A DNA stretch of 64,000 nt, taken from positions 64,001-128,000 of the IMG/VR virus record IMGVR_UViG_3300042868_005761; one strand, 5' to 3'. Source of the DNA: a virus. The notes under the pieces are model-generated. The model saw only the letters and a list, made by a program, of their open reading frames with translations, had not been told where the DNA came from and searched no databases. How positions within the stretch are numbered: position 1 is the stretch's first letter; each line of letters opens with the position of its first letter. Made by a program: the position numbers and the translations under genes. Positions 38,801 to 48,229 of the stretch are shown one piece after another.

Positions 38801-40145
38801 CTGCAAATCCTTGAATATTATTTTCTGCATCAAGAAGATCTCTATGGCTAATCTTATAAGAATCTAATCCATTATGCCTATGTCTTGCATAGTTTAATGT
38901 AGTCTGAGCAAGTGTATCAGAGATATTTGTACCAAGACAAAATAAAACAAAATCTTTGCTATTAAAAGATGAAGTGCTACTAGACAATAACGTTGTTCCA
39001 TTATCATCTACAAATTGATTTTTTAATGATAGAGGTCCGTAAAAATATAAGACGCATTCATTATTAGTTCTTTCCCACTTTAAATTAAGACTATAGCTTT
39101 TTCCTCTTCCAGAATCATATAGACTAAGAACATTTTCAGTTAAATTAACATCTGCTAATGGATAAAGTTCAGGATTTAATGTATAACGTTTACCTGAAGT
39201 TGGTATCCCAAGGGGCGCGTCTGCTACAACATATTTACCAAACGGTTCAAAGGCATCACTGTCATTTGTAGCAGAAAATCCTCTTCCATCTAAGTTAACA
39301 AGACTATCTTTTGTTGATATGATTTTTGGCAATATTACTCGCCATTTTGAATAAGAACCGCTTGATTCTATATAGCTTACAATCAGTGCTCCCTTATGTG
39401 CCAATTCGTCGTATAAAGTTGTACGTACGATGTCACTCATAGAGAAAATAGATAAGTCAGGAATGCAATTGTAACCTGAGCCTAGCACTCCAAAAGTATT
39501 AGGCACACGCAAGGTATACTTAATAAAATCTCCATCAGTAAAAGCTTGATTAGAATAAAGAGTTCCATCAGCAGCTAAGTGCCAAACCTTATCGGTTTCA
39601 GTTGTCAAACACTCGCTTGGTGTTCCAACTGGTTTCCAAGCAGAGGATAGAATTCCACCACTCCATATCTCTACACCGTAGCCACAACTCCAACTGTCAT
39701 CGAGCGCTTGTGTATAGGCATTTCCACCTGTATAAGGAGGGAAAGGCAACTGTTGAACTTTTTTGCTACTATCTAAAAGCCATCCAGTTCCCTGTTCTGT
39801 TTTTGTATGTATTGATCCTGGAAGATAGGTAGGATTTAAAGAAGCATGAGGTCCAATAATTCTTGCAAGATTAAAGCTATCTACTATAGCTCTTTCAGCA
39901 TCGTCCGCTAGAGTCTCCTGTTCCGAAGGCGACATCCTTCCATATGTATAAGAGGAAACTATTTTTCCTAGACTATTAAATGAAGGATTATCATTCTCCA
40001 AAGGTCCTAGGATTTTACATACAGTGTTTAAAGCTCGATAATAGCTATTAAACGTAACATTGAACTTCCTTGCTGTTGGCTGCTCTCCTGCCGTCCAGAT
40101 AGTTGACACTACATTGGTAGCCGGAGTCTTAAGAAAATCACTCAT
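35844..40145 (-). CDS. Large tail/baseplate-associated structural protein
   Basis: 1433 aa; N-terminal WTAGEQPTARKFN; HRHNG and DNPHTQYL motifs seen in phage fibres. Confidence 0.65.
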   Translation of the reverse strand: MSDFLKTPATNVVSTIWTAGEQPTARKFNVTFNSYYRALNTVCKILGPLENDNPSFNSLGKIVSSYTYGRMSPSEQETLADDAERAIVDSFNLARIIGPHASLNPTYLPGSIHTKTEQGTGWLLDSSKKVQQLPFPPYTGGNAYTQALDDSWSCGYGVEIWSGGILSSAWKPVGTPSECLTTETDKVWHLAADGTLYSNQAFTDGDFIKYTLRVPNTFGVLGSGYNCIPDLSIFSMSDIVRTTLYDELAHKGALIVSYIESSGSYSKWRVILPKIISTKDSLVNLDGRGFSATNDSDAFEPFGKYVVADAPLGIPTSGKRYTLNPELYPLADVNLTENVLSLYDSGRGKSYSLNLKWERTNNECVLYFYGPLSLKNQFVDDNGTTLLSSSTSSFNSKDFVLFCLGTNISDTLAQTTLNYARHRHNGLDSYKISHRDLLDAENNIQGFADDQDGSNGGLDFINYNRQLAFSGVEDNPHTQYLNRLGYRFGGSQGYYADLDNTKAVDLNAMHGDLIFYPIYKNSAPYLWSTLSAYNAAVSSGENIEEITWDLSNLSDSTDSFANRRGHAFIFGWPSNTAPEKYSYGATKLYYESHNFLASTSYDNTGVEWRLWRHGFVPGNFTGNGTPGKGLNIGWGNLFFGYREDILNGRLTTEEERTESSAFWRTSEFNVVTTGNNNAGKNTNSAIKSNSAYRDGFNVRATKGSSIWLSAGSADNPTYISQFPTVHTGNSLSGLPGTISIESSYIPSSYSLESTQGGAFSLTTLNEFKEQVSSGAGLFTSPGALVTNQGLYNDYTIPWASNISNNYSFAQLWDNQSFATTKMDTWNFRFSPGSLLDIFNFAPDANKKDINPDTGAVATSTLSADTPIDADDNLGKWPFGRPLLRGTYGIDFCSSSQLENLSTDFKTGFKLWDSKNLWGPDKAILSAEENEFIHREFRFWGKNSKTTPVSPTVYSPFDYSHTQGGNINLLYGFGQPYKRFGKDLSTLSGALSGGNQTDVSPWLNARAISLGSSNPANYGSAIRNASYVDAFQGVRHDPLQPYMAEYVYPFRAIIDTGKRISDYIDGIDYETGDITYDTSEDDITKLICQKNIVLRNSMSVSPVDYYGGKLVFANIVESDLPSIDELIRGSEEIFLQNSSSSYNNAFPRCLVDFKVNLEYFIGRRVCDIAGGTISESTSNQSDENSPHSGKYGLSPSSSRDVFSYGRVLIGYNVMVPASGHGVTGAASVSDPYEMDPPFSDSINQQGLNRLNVVMAGRQPQSYMTNAGSSNNNSTLTNRNNPNAIVGYQDFLGTIMANSGMTSYNSKFPLFKELYSLREYVNTDFLYDVNTGTGIINQLFVPVVNIPDFYFSRLTDDVLNRENYNFAVPYRVYVADFDGRPVYRKASVNSLDWKYADGSAAFGIEDTAVIPIYVELRGKIVIKVVTAPVPNAMVD

Positions 40146-40161
40146 TTATAATTCCTTATAT

Positions 40162-43101
40162 TTAATCCTCAGTTGATTTTAAAGTCAAGCCCAAGGACGA
40201 AGAATCTGTTTTGTATGCTGTGCCTGAATAAATAATACCATTGCCATCTAGGTAGGAAATCAAAGGAAACTTATGACTTGAAAAGGAATTTCCTGAGCTT
40301 ACATTGATTGTAAGAAATGTTTCCATATCTATAGTTGAACTTCCTGCGTAGTTCACATCATCTCTTATTCTAAAACCGTAAGGTACATATTTATTTAATA
40401 ATGTCTTTACAACACCTTTATCTCTATCATTCAAAGTTATATAGAACTGAGCTTTATTAGAGTAAATTGGAATGTTATATTTCCCTAAGGTTGTTGCTTG
40501 TAAAGTTGCAAATTTTTCTGGGAATAAAGAAAATCCTGCAATTACTTTACTTGGATCATTTGAATCTGATAAAGGTAACACAGAATTTACTGTGAACCTT
40601 TTTGTATTTGAGTTATATGTACTAGTAAACACAGGGCCAAATATTGGCTTATCAATTGAATAATCATCTATACTTGGATGTAACCAATTCTCCCGAGGGG
40701 TTTTTGATTCTGCAATAACAACTCTTCTTCCATTTAATTCAGCGTCATCATATTGCACGTCTGAAGAGGTAAAGAAAGAAGCTACTGCTATAGTGTTTAT
40801 ATCTGCTACATTGGTTAATTCATCAGTAGCTATTTCTTCAATGAGAACTAGATAAGTATTAAATCGGTAATCAATAATATCTTTAGGATATTCATACTCA
40901 TAAACAAGTGGATCTACAGTACGCCAAACTTCAGGATAACTTTGTATATCTTTAATTACAAAGTCTGCTTCACTATCAAAGCCTGAGTATGAGAGATAAG
41001 ATAATTTAACTTTTCCACCAACATACTTAGCAACATCTTCTTCACTGAAGAAATCAAAAATATAAAATCCATATGATCCTCTGCCTTCGAATCGATCTCC
41101 AAAGGGTCCGGTTAACATTTTCTTATATTCTTGACTAGGAGATACCCCAGACAATAGACTATCTTTACTCCCAAGTATTAACCTATTACCTAATGTACCA
41201 AGACTACCATCATCTTTTAATATTGTATATACAATGACTTGTTGATCACCACTGTTAATGTATTCAAATAACTTAGAATCATTATAGTCACTATTAGCAT
41301 GTAGGGTTGTAGAAGTCGCACCTCTTACAATATCCCCGTCTTTAAAGTTTAACCAAGCAGCTCGTGAGGATTTAGGATCATAAGAAGTATAAAACTTACC
41401 TTCATCGTCTGTTGTTGCAACAATTGATACTTCGCCGTCAAGATTTCCTTCTCCTGTTAAAACATTTACAGTAACATCACATTCTATAACAGGCTGACCA
41501 TCATAAGATGTAACTTCTCCCTCTAGGAGAACTATCTCTGCTCCATTGTATAGTGGTCCATATACACTAATGCCATCTTTTGTATAAAGATAAGGTGTCT
41601 CTATTGGTTTTAAAGAGATGTAATATGGGTAAACCTTTTCACTCTTTGAAAGAACAGCAATTGTTCTTTGCTTCTTCCAAAGCCAAGGCTTTATTTCTGA
41701 GAATAAAAACTCTCTTTTTGCAGTCGGAACTTCTTTCTGAAATTCAATTACTGCGTCATAAAGTGCATATACCTTTGCATTTTCTTCTGGAATAAACATT
41801 GCACAATAAGGAGATATATAAATCTTATCTCCAAATGTCTCTCTGATATATAAAGGATCTCCCTCGTATTCTTCAAAGTCTGGCCATCTAAACTGTACTG
41901 TTTTACTACCAATCTTATTAAAGATTAGAACATTGTTCTTACTGGAATAACTGTCTAAGCCATCTATCCGAACAAGACCGCAGTCGTCAAACATATTAGC
42001 AATTGCAGGCTCTTCAAAGTTAATTACAAAATAAGGATTTTCACTAGGATCTAATTCTCCGCCTGTTAGGTACTGACTTGGGATAGTTACTCCATCTACA
42101 ATCACGCCGCTATCTTCACTAGGAAGCGTTAGCGAAGTAATTGGTCCTGATAGAGTTTGTTTGCCAAAAAAGACTTCACCTTTATATCTATTCACATAGC
42201 AAGCTTTTGCTTCGACAGCAGAAACTAAAGGATTGTCTACTATCTGCTTAAGTATTTCTTCTAGCCCAAACAGCTCGGCTTCCATATAAGAATTCTTTAA
42301 TGTATAGAAATCTATAGTCCCATCTGTGTCTACCGCAATATGTGTTTTGCTATCGGTAAGAGTTCCAGGAGTAGTTGTTATTTCTGTCATAGGAGAATAT
42401 TCAGTACTAAAATACTGATTACTTTGACCGGTTGAAACGCCAAGAATCTCTCCGTGTAACTCTAAACTTTCACTCGATATATCAAAGTCTGCTTCGTAAA
42501 AACGTTTACTAACAACCGGCAATTTAACTTCTGATTCTCTATAAACATAATTATTAACCCAAAGGTTTTGATCGTCTGTAAAGCTATAACCTATATAGTT
42601 CTGTGGGCTATACTCACCAGCAATATTATGCTCACTGGGAGACATCCAGAAAGACTCGTTCTTGTAGACTGCTGCTTTAAAAAAGTTCAGACTAGGTTTA
42701 GTAGCGTAGACTGGTACAGTTAATAGTTCTTGGGCTAATGTACTAGTTGCTAGGTTCTGGTAGTTTAAATAATTAAGGTAAATAACTGTGCCTTCAATAC
42801 TGTACTCTCCAGGCTTAACGTAAAAAACTCCATCCTGAAGGAACGAAGTTAAATCATTAAAGTTCTCAACACCACTTCTATAAGAAGATCTTGGTATTTC
42901 ATTGTTTGGCATATAGACAGGAAAGAACTTATTACCTACAACTTCATTGAAAAAGTTACCTTGACCAAAAGTACTATTGTAATTAAGTCCTGAGTCTTTA
43001 GGATATTCTTTCTTTGCCTCATCTACGTCTTTAATATAGCTATAGATATTAATTGGAAAATTAATTTCTTGTATACTATTTCCTATATTCTTAAGAGGCA
43101 T
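40162..43101 (-). CDS. Putative baseplate wedge protein with an Ig-like segment
   Basis: LGVSTGQSNQYF, VNRYKGEVFFG; GEVTSYDGQPV..TTDDEGKF Ig-like segment; the ATG at 43101 (MPLKN) overlaps the upstream stop and is the likely start. Confidence 0.6.
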   Translation of the reverse strand: MPLKNIGNSIQEINFPINIYSYIKDVDEAKKEYPKDSGLNYNSTFGQGNFFNEVVGNKFFPVYMPNNEIPRSSYRSGVENFNDLTSFLQDGVFYVKPGEYSIEGTVIYLNYLNYQNLATSTLAQELLTVPVYATKPSLNFFKAAVYKNESFWMSPSEHNIAGEYSPQNYIGYSFTDDQNLWVNNYVYRESEVKLPVVSKRFYEADFDISSESLELHGEILGVSTGQSNQYFSTEYSPMTEITTTPGTLTDSKTHIAVDTDGTIDFYTLKNSYMEAELFGLEEILKQIVDNPLVSAVEAKACYVNRYKGEVFFGKQTLSGPITSLTLPSEDSGVIVDGVTIPSQYLTGGELDPSENPYFVINFEEPAIANMFDDCGLVRIDGLDSYSSKNNVLIFNKIGSKTVQFRWPDFEEYEGDPLYIRETFGDKIYISPYCAMFIPEENAKVYALYDAVIEFQKEVPTAKREFLFSEIKPWLWKKQRTIAVLSKSEKVYPYYISLKPIETPYLYTKDGISVYGPLYNGAEIVLLEGEVTSYDGQPVIECDVTVNVLTGEGNLDGEVSIVATTDDEGKFYTSYDPKSSRAAWLNFKDGDIVRGATSTTLHANSDYNDSKLFEYINSGDQQVIVYTILKDDGSLGTLGNRLILGSKDSLLSGVSPSQEYKKMLTGPFGDRFEGRGSYGFYIFDFFSEEDVAKYVGGKVKLSYLSYSGFDSEADFVIKDIQSYPEVWRTVDPLVYEYEYPKDIIDYRFNTYLVLIEEIATDELTNVADINTIAVASFFTSSDVQYDDAELNGRRVVIAESKTPRENWLHPSIDDYSIDKPIFGPVFTSTYNSNTKRFTVNSVLPLSDSNDPSKVIAGFSLFPEKFATLQATTLGKYNIPIYSNKAQFYITLNDRDKGVVKTLLNKYVPYGFRIRDDVNYAGSSTIDMETFLTINVSSGNSFSSHKFPLISYLDGNGIIYSGTAYKTDSSSLGLTLKSTED

Positions 43102-43993
43102 AGAATGTTCCGTTTGCAGATATGGGGCTTGTCTGATTACTCTTCCAGGTTTTACTTGTAACAAAGATATCCCAAAGAATATCTATATCGCTATCCGACA
43201 CAGGTATGACTGAAGAGGCAGTTTCAACATTTGAAGCCATGGTTTGTAATATTTTGTATGCACTAACCACTTTTACTGGACAATAGTAAATTGGTATGTA
43301 TCTATGCACTACTGAATATGATACTTGAATATTGCCAAACGTACTAGAATCATAAATAATTAATTTATCTACTCCGTCATAATAGTAGTCTCCGGCAGAT
43401 AGAACTTCTCTTATACTTGATTTTCTATTTCTAATAACAACGCTATCAGAGATAAAAGAATCTGGAGCTATATTTCTATGAGGTAATCTATTAACACCGG
43501 GTCTTACATTTGCGGAAAGATCATCTTCGTAATTCTTGAATGGCAGCATTGATAATAGTTTTTTATTATTAAACCTTGGATCTATAATTTCATATCTGGC
43601 AATGTTATCAAGTGCAAGAAAACTTCCAGAATCAGTTATTGATGTCTCGGCAGTCAATTTTGTATAAAGAGTTCCGCCCGGAGAAGATCTACTCCCAACT
43701 CCACTTTCTACCATCAGTGTATATCCATCAAAATTAATCCTTGTTGGAGCCACGTCTGGGTTCAGTTTGGTATCGATATAGCCAGCAAGGTATGGCCTGG
43801 TGTTAAAGGCCCTTGCAAGCGTTGCAGAGATGCCTTGGTCAGTTAGTGATGAGCTATGTGTAAACAAAGAAAGAACACGTCTTTTAAAATCCTTAATAGA
43901 TTCTTTGTTTCCTCTTACAAGTCCAAATTTAAAAGCAACATTGTCTATATCTATGCTAGACTTTGGCGAATCAATTTTTTGAAAAGTAGACAT
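43091..43993 (-). CDS. Putative baseplate wedge subunit (P2 gpI-like N-terminus)
   Basis: IDNVAFKFGLVRGNKESIKDFKRRVL matches the LD...G..R...E....(Y/F)R.R pattern; two genes downstream of baseplate J. Confidence 0.55.
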   Translation of the reverse strand: MSTFQKIDSPKSSIDIDNVAFKFGLVRGNKESIKDFKRRVLSLFTHSSSLTDQGISATLARAFNTRPYLAGYIDTKLNPDVAPTRINFDGYTLMVESGVGSRSSPGGTLYTKLTAETSITDSGSFLALDNIARYEIIDPRFNNKKLLSMLPFKNYEDDLSANVRPGVNRLPHRNIAPDSFISDSVVIRNRKSSIREVLSAGDYYYDGVDKLIIYDSSTFGNIQVSYSVVHRYIPIYYCPVKVVSAYKILQTMASNVETASSVIPVSDSDIDILWDIFVTSKTWKSNQTSPISANGTFYAS

Positions 43994-45675
43994 TAATACC
44001 CCGTTACAAGTTCATCAAACTCTACATTTGTATAAATAGCATTACTTGTTGCATCATAAATCCAGCCATCCTTCATAAAGGATAAGTGCTTTATTTCATT
44101 AATACTTTTTGTAACTTCAAGCTCTTGGTCTGGATTGAAACCTAATTCGTATCCAGTGTAATTTGCATCTAGAACAAAAGTTTTATAGGGAATCTTATAA
44201 TCAACATTAATAATTTTTTTACCAATTATTAGTCTTGTATCAACATCAAATACTGTGAAAACAAAAGTTCCTACCACGTCAGTGGGAAGAGTATATTTCC
44301 ATCTTACTTCTTGATTCTTTAAATCAAAAGCTCTAACTGGACCTGGATCCCAAGGATCTTCTTCTGTAAAGAAATTGCCATCAGCCCCAATGTAATTTTT
44401 AAGGCCACTTTCAATGTTTTCAACTTCCATTACAAATTTTCTTAGTTTGTTTCCATAAAGAAATTCTACTGGTCGGCTTTCAAGATATATCTCGTCTCCC
44501 GGCCGATAGTCAATTTTGTCACAGACAACATTCATTGCATAAGTAGTATTGTCATTGTATATACTGTGAGCTCCATGTAAAAACAAATCGTACATATGAA
44601 GTTTACTAGGCTCTTCTAGATCACTTGGATTCTCAAGAGCATACATAATTACATCTTTTTTCAAGAAAGAAGAAGGATATACTGTTTCATTATTGTCATC
44701 AAATAGAAGATAACTATCAAGTACAAAATCTGTAGTCTCTTCAACATAGTCAATGCTTTGAACAATTAGATAATCATCTTCTATGCACATATAAGCTGTT
44801 TTATTTGCGTTTTCAATTGTATAGTTTCTGCTATATAGTGTCTTCTTTCTTGAAGAAGGAAACGAATTGTTTATTACTAGTTGTACATAGAAATTATCTA
44901 GCTGGCTTTCAAGTAGCAAATCAAACTTAAGAACATACATACCAGGAACAATAACTCCCTCAAATGAATGCTCGTACTTTGGCAACATATTAATAACTGA
45001 TACATTATTAGTTGTTTGATACTCAGTCAGTATTGCATTACCAAAGATGTAGGCGCTTCTTCCTGCTGAGTTTTTTCTCTTTGCAAAGAAATCTTCCTTT
45101 ACAATTGCAAGAGTTTCATCTTTTGGTACTAAGGCAAACCCTAAATAGATTGGCTCTTTAACAAAAATAATAAACTCGCTTTTGCTTTTTACATTATCAA
45201 AAAAGCCAATATATGGATTAGAGCCATTGGCATTTATTGCTTCTAACACTGAGACTCTTGGTTCTCTATGAATAGATTCTTCAAAGGTTAAGAACTGTCT
45301 ATTGCTTAGATCTAGAATGTCACCATAAGAGCAAGGCGTTAGTTCGTATGTTGTTGCGCCAAGTTTTCCAGTGACGGTAACTGGTGGCAAATTAAAACTT
45401 CCCGCTCCTGTTGTAAAGAAAACGCTACCATCATCAGAGTACTTATAGTAGTAGGCTGGTAGAGTAACATCTTGCTCTGGATGAAACTGGCTATTGTAGT
45501 TGTTGTGTACAAGAAAAGAGAACATGTCAAGTTGCTCTGACATGTCAGACATTATTGTTTGAAAGTTACTATGCTTATCTGAACGAGCAAGAGACCAATC
45601 TGGAAAAGAGTTGGCAAGCTTTTGCGCGCTTAATGAATAGTAAGGTCTTTTTCTTAGCTCTTTGTAAACGCTCAT
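43993..45675 (-). CDS. Putative baseplate-associated protein
   Basis: 560 aa, directly downstream of baseplate J. Confidence 0.55.
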   Translation of the reverse strand: MSVYKELRKRPYYSLSAQKLANSFPDWSLARSDKHSNFQTIMSDMSEQLDMFSFLVHNNYNSQFHPEQDVTLPAYYYKYSDDGSVFFTTGAGSFNLPPVTVTGKLGATTYELTPCSYGDILDLSNRQFLTFEESIHREPRVSVLEAINANGSNPYIGFFDNVKSKSEFIIFVKEPIYLGFALVPKDETLAIVKEDFFAKRKNSAGRSAYIFGNAILTEYQTTNNVSVINMLPKYEHSFEGVIVPGMYVLKFDLLLESQLDNFYVQLVINNSFPSSRKKTLYSRNYTIENANKTAYMCIEDDYLIVQSIDYVEETTDFVLDSYLLFDDNNETVYPSSFLKKDVIMYALENPSDLEEPSKLHMYDLFLHGAHSIYNDNTTYAMNVVCDKIDYRPGDEIYLESRPVEFLYGNKLRKFVMEVENIESGLKNYIGADGNFFTEEDPWDPGPVRAFDLKNQEVRWKYTLPTDVVGTFVFTVFDVDTRLIIGKKIINVDYKIPYKTFVLDANYTGYELGFNPDQELEVTKSINEIKHLSFMKDGWIYDATSNAIYTNVEFDELVTGY

Positions 45676-45676
45676 G

Positions 45677-46852
45677 TTATTCGATTACGTCTATGATTAC
45701 AGCGGGAGCACCATCTGGTGAACCTAATGTTGCAATTTGAGTATCTAAAATAGTAATGGTTTCTCTTGGCCCTGCTATATATTTAAACTTTGCACTTCCT
45801 TCATATGTTGTATAAACAACAGAATCAAAACTGTTTGATCCAGATCCTAAACTCTTAACACCAGGCACTGAACTTGTTACTCGTGAAGCAAGAGCACTCA
45901 GTGAGACAGCTTGCCCTCCACTAAGTCCGTTAAAGTAATCACTAATTGCAATCTTTACACTGTCAATAAGATTACTTGCTGTAAAGCCTGCTTTAGCTGA
46001 AATTGTTGTTTTAAAAACAAACCCAACTGGATCATAGTTCTTAACTAAGACTTTTCTTCCAGCCCCTATCTCCATCTCTAGCTTTGCTTGTAAGTCCCGG
46101 ATTGTTGACTCAGGATAAACAACTCCAGAATAAGGTTGGACACAAACCATCAAAGCACCAGGGCCATCATAGTTTCTTATTACTGTAGTTTTACCTAGAC
46201 CAGACAATCTTGAGATTGCACTATTTAGAATAAATTCAGTATTAGCATTTGATTCAATTTTTTCAAGGATTCTATTTCTTATAGAGTCCATTGTCTCTAA
46301 ATCTTCTCCGTTTAGTATTGCTCTTGTATTTGTAACGGTAAGTCCTTGATAAGATTTCTCAAATCTATTTAACTCACCCTTAGCAACATTAAAGTCAGAA
46401 CCTAAGGCATAAGCCTGGACTCCTACATAAGCACTTGACTGCGAGTAGCCATTAGGCTCGATCTCTGTTACAAAGTATTTCTTATTTCCACTTAAAAGGG
46501 TTATACCTACTATTTCAATATTATTTAATCTTAGATTAGCGCTAATAGACAACCCATTAGTTGAGCTAACTAGCACATTAAAATCAGCTGACTCAGACTT
46601 GGCTTTTCTACCAATCTTTCTTCTGACATTGAAATCTTCTGCATACTTTGAAATTTGATCTTCTGTAATCGTATTGAAATGTATGTCTCTTATGATCTGT
46701 TCTTGTTGTGCTTCTAACTGCGCAATTTGTCTGCTTATATCAGTGGCAAGACCATCTAGCATTGAGCCAGATCCATAGTACGTAGCACCAAGTCTACGCT
46801 TTGAATCGTTGATGATTTCTTTTCTTATAGCGTTTTCAGATCTTATTGCCAT
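45677..46852 (-). CDS. Baseplate J-like wedge protein
   Basis: GSMLDGL, FNVRRK, VQAYALGSDFNVAKGEL, VTNTRAILNGEDLETMDSIRNRI, GPGALMV, ISDYFNGLSGG. Confidence 0.88.
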   Translation of the reverse strand: MAIRSENAIRKEIINDSKRRLGATYYGSGSMLDGLATDISRQIAQLEAQQEQIIRDIHFNTITEDQISKYAEDFNVRRKIGRKAKSESADFNVLVSSTNGLSISANLRLNNIEIVGITLLSGNKKYFVTEIEPNGYSQSSAYVGVQAYALGSDFNVAKGELNRFEKSYQGLTVTNTRAILNGEDLETMDSIRNRILEKIESNANTEFILNSAISRLSGLGKTTVIRNYDGPGALMVCVQPYSGVVYPESTIRDLQAKLEMEIGAGRKVLVKNYDPVGFVFKTTISAKAGFTASNLIDSVKIAISDYFNGLSGGQAVSLSALASRVTSSVPGVKSLGSGSNSFDSVVYTTYEGSAKFKYIAGPRETITILDTQIATLGSPDGAPAVIIDVIE

Positions 46853-46854
46853 TC

Positions 46855-47328
46855 TTATTCTCCAAAGCCTGTAATTGTTTTAAGTTCTTGCGTGCCATCA
46901 TAGAATACAGAGTTAATCATAACTGGTATTGTGCCACCGCCACCTGTAGGTACATTTAGTTGCACGTGAATAATAACTGCTTCTTTGTTGATTGGATCGG
47001 GGATTACATCAACTTTCAATGCATATCTATTTGGATTGATATTACTATTAACCATATTCTGATATATATAAGATCTCAACTGCGCCATTCCATTTGAAGT
47101 GACAAGACTTTTCTTTCCTTTAGGAGATGCCCCAAATTGTAAGTTAGTCTTATATGTTCCTACTGCTGTACTTAGACATAATCTAATTACTTGTTTAAAA
47201 GTATCAAGACTTGACTCATCTGTAAAAGCAAGATCCGAATAGCCCTCTGGTCTAGTAGTCAATGCAAAATCCCAATTAGATGAAATTTTTATATCTTTTA
47301 CTCCATATGGATCTTGGATAGAAGCCAT
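46855..47328 (-). CDS. gp25/gpW-like baseplate (sheath initiator) protein
   Basis: DLAF..KQVIRLCLSTAVGTYKTNLQFGAS; directly upstream of baseplate J. Confidence 0.75.
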   Translation of the reverse strand: MASIQDPYGVKDIKISSNWDFALTTRPEGYSDLAFTDESSLDTFKQVIRLCLSTAVGTYKTNLQFGASPKGKKSLVTSNGMAQLRSYIYQNMVNSNINPNRYALKVDVIPDPINKEAVIIHVQLNVPTGGGGTIPVMINSVFYDGTQELKTITGFGE

Positions 47329-47645
47329 TAAAGCATACCTACAGCGCCACCTATTAGTGCATTCATTGCAAACATATTGGCAAAGGCAAGTAATGGACCT
47401 GGACTAATCATGTACTTTGGACCAATTGGGAACATTCCAGCAATTGGGTTAACATGCGTTAGCATTCCATAGTAAGTCATCTGGTCAGGGCTCATTTGCC
47501 AGTTCATAGAACCAGCTCCTGCATTCATAGACTTCTTGTCTAGTACAAGGAACGTTTCTGTTCCTGCTCCTATTCTGACATAGTCCAACCCAACCTCAAT
47601 AAAAGCTTCCCCATCGGGAAGTTTAATAATTTTTGTTTCAGCCAT
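47328..47645 (-). CDS. Possible baseplate spike-related small protein
   Basis: 105 aa of short beta-strand repeats; sits between the hub gene and the gp25-like gene. Confidence 0.4.
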   Translation of the reverse strand: MAETKIIKLPDGEAFIEVGLDYVRIGAGTETFLVLDKKSMNAGAGSMNWQMSPDQMTYYGMLTHVNPIAGMFPIGPKYMISPGPLLAFANMFAMNALIGGAVGML

Positions 47646-47653
47646 TTTGTTCC

Positions 47654-48229
47654 TTAAAACCCGGGAATCTTTGTATTGTTTAGCATTGCTGAGAAGATTT
47701 GAATAGCATTACCAGACCTATTCTTGTTTTGTGTATACGACCATTGCTCTGGAGAGATCTCTCCTCCATTACCAAATCTAGAATCTGAAATTATAGTAGC
47801 CGTGCCAGATAGAAAGGTTGTAGGATGGAATGTATATTCAATAACAGGTTGAATTCTTTCTATTGTCTGCTTTGATCCAAAGCTAGTAAACAATTCTTGA
47901 GGAGTAGAAGTCAAGAGAAATACTGTAGGATTTTCAGTTCTAGAGTTGTTTTCAAGTATATTATTCCACTCAACATCTAGAATTTCTCCATATGCAGCAT
48001 TTTTATTTCCGCTTTTATCTCTACCTTGTATTAGGCTAACTCTAAAGTCAATATAAACGTTATTGCCAATAAGCTGAGTACCTGAAGGCAAAATATCACC
48101 TGGAAAGAATATTGATTTAATATAACCTTTAGCGCTTATAAGACTATGTAACCCAGGACTACCTACTGACTGATGGTCAAAAGATTTGTTTAACTTATAG
48201 CCAATATTTGTCTTTGGTACTTTTGGCAT
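47654..48229 (-). CDS. Hypothetical baseplate-region protein
   Basis: 191 aa; TAATG overlap with the hub gene. Confidence 0.6.
   Translation of the reverse strand: MPKVPKTNIGYKLNKSFDHQSVGSPGLHSLISAKGYIKSIFFPGDILPSGTQLIGNNVYIDFRVSLIQGRDKSGNKNAAYGEILDVEWNNILENNSRTENPTVFLLTSTPQELFTSFGSKQTIERIQPVIEYTFHPTTFLSGTATIISDSRFGNGGEISPEQWSYTQNKNRSGNAIQIFSAMLNNTKIPGF

Noticed and set aside
43102-43164. 74-nt overlap between two baseplate genes
   Set aside because: Arises from an upstream TTG; ATG 43101 gives an ordinary short overlap
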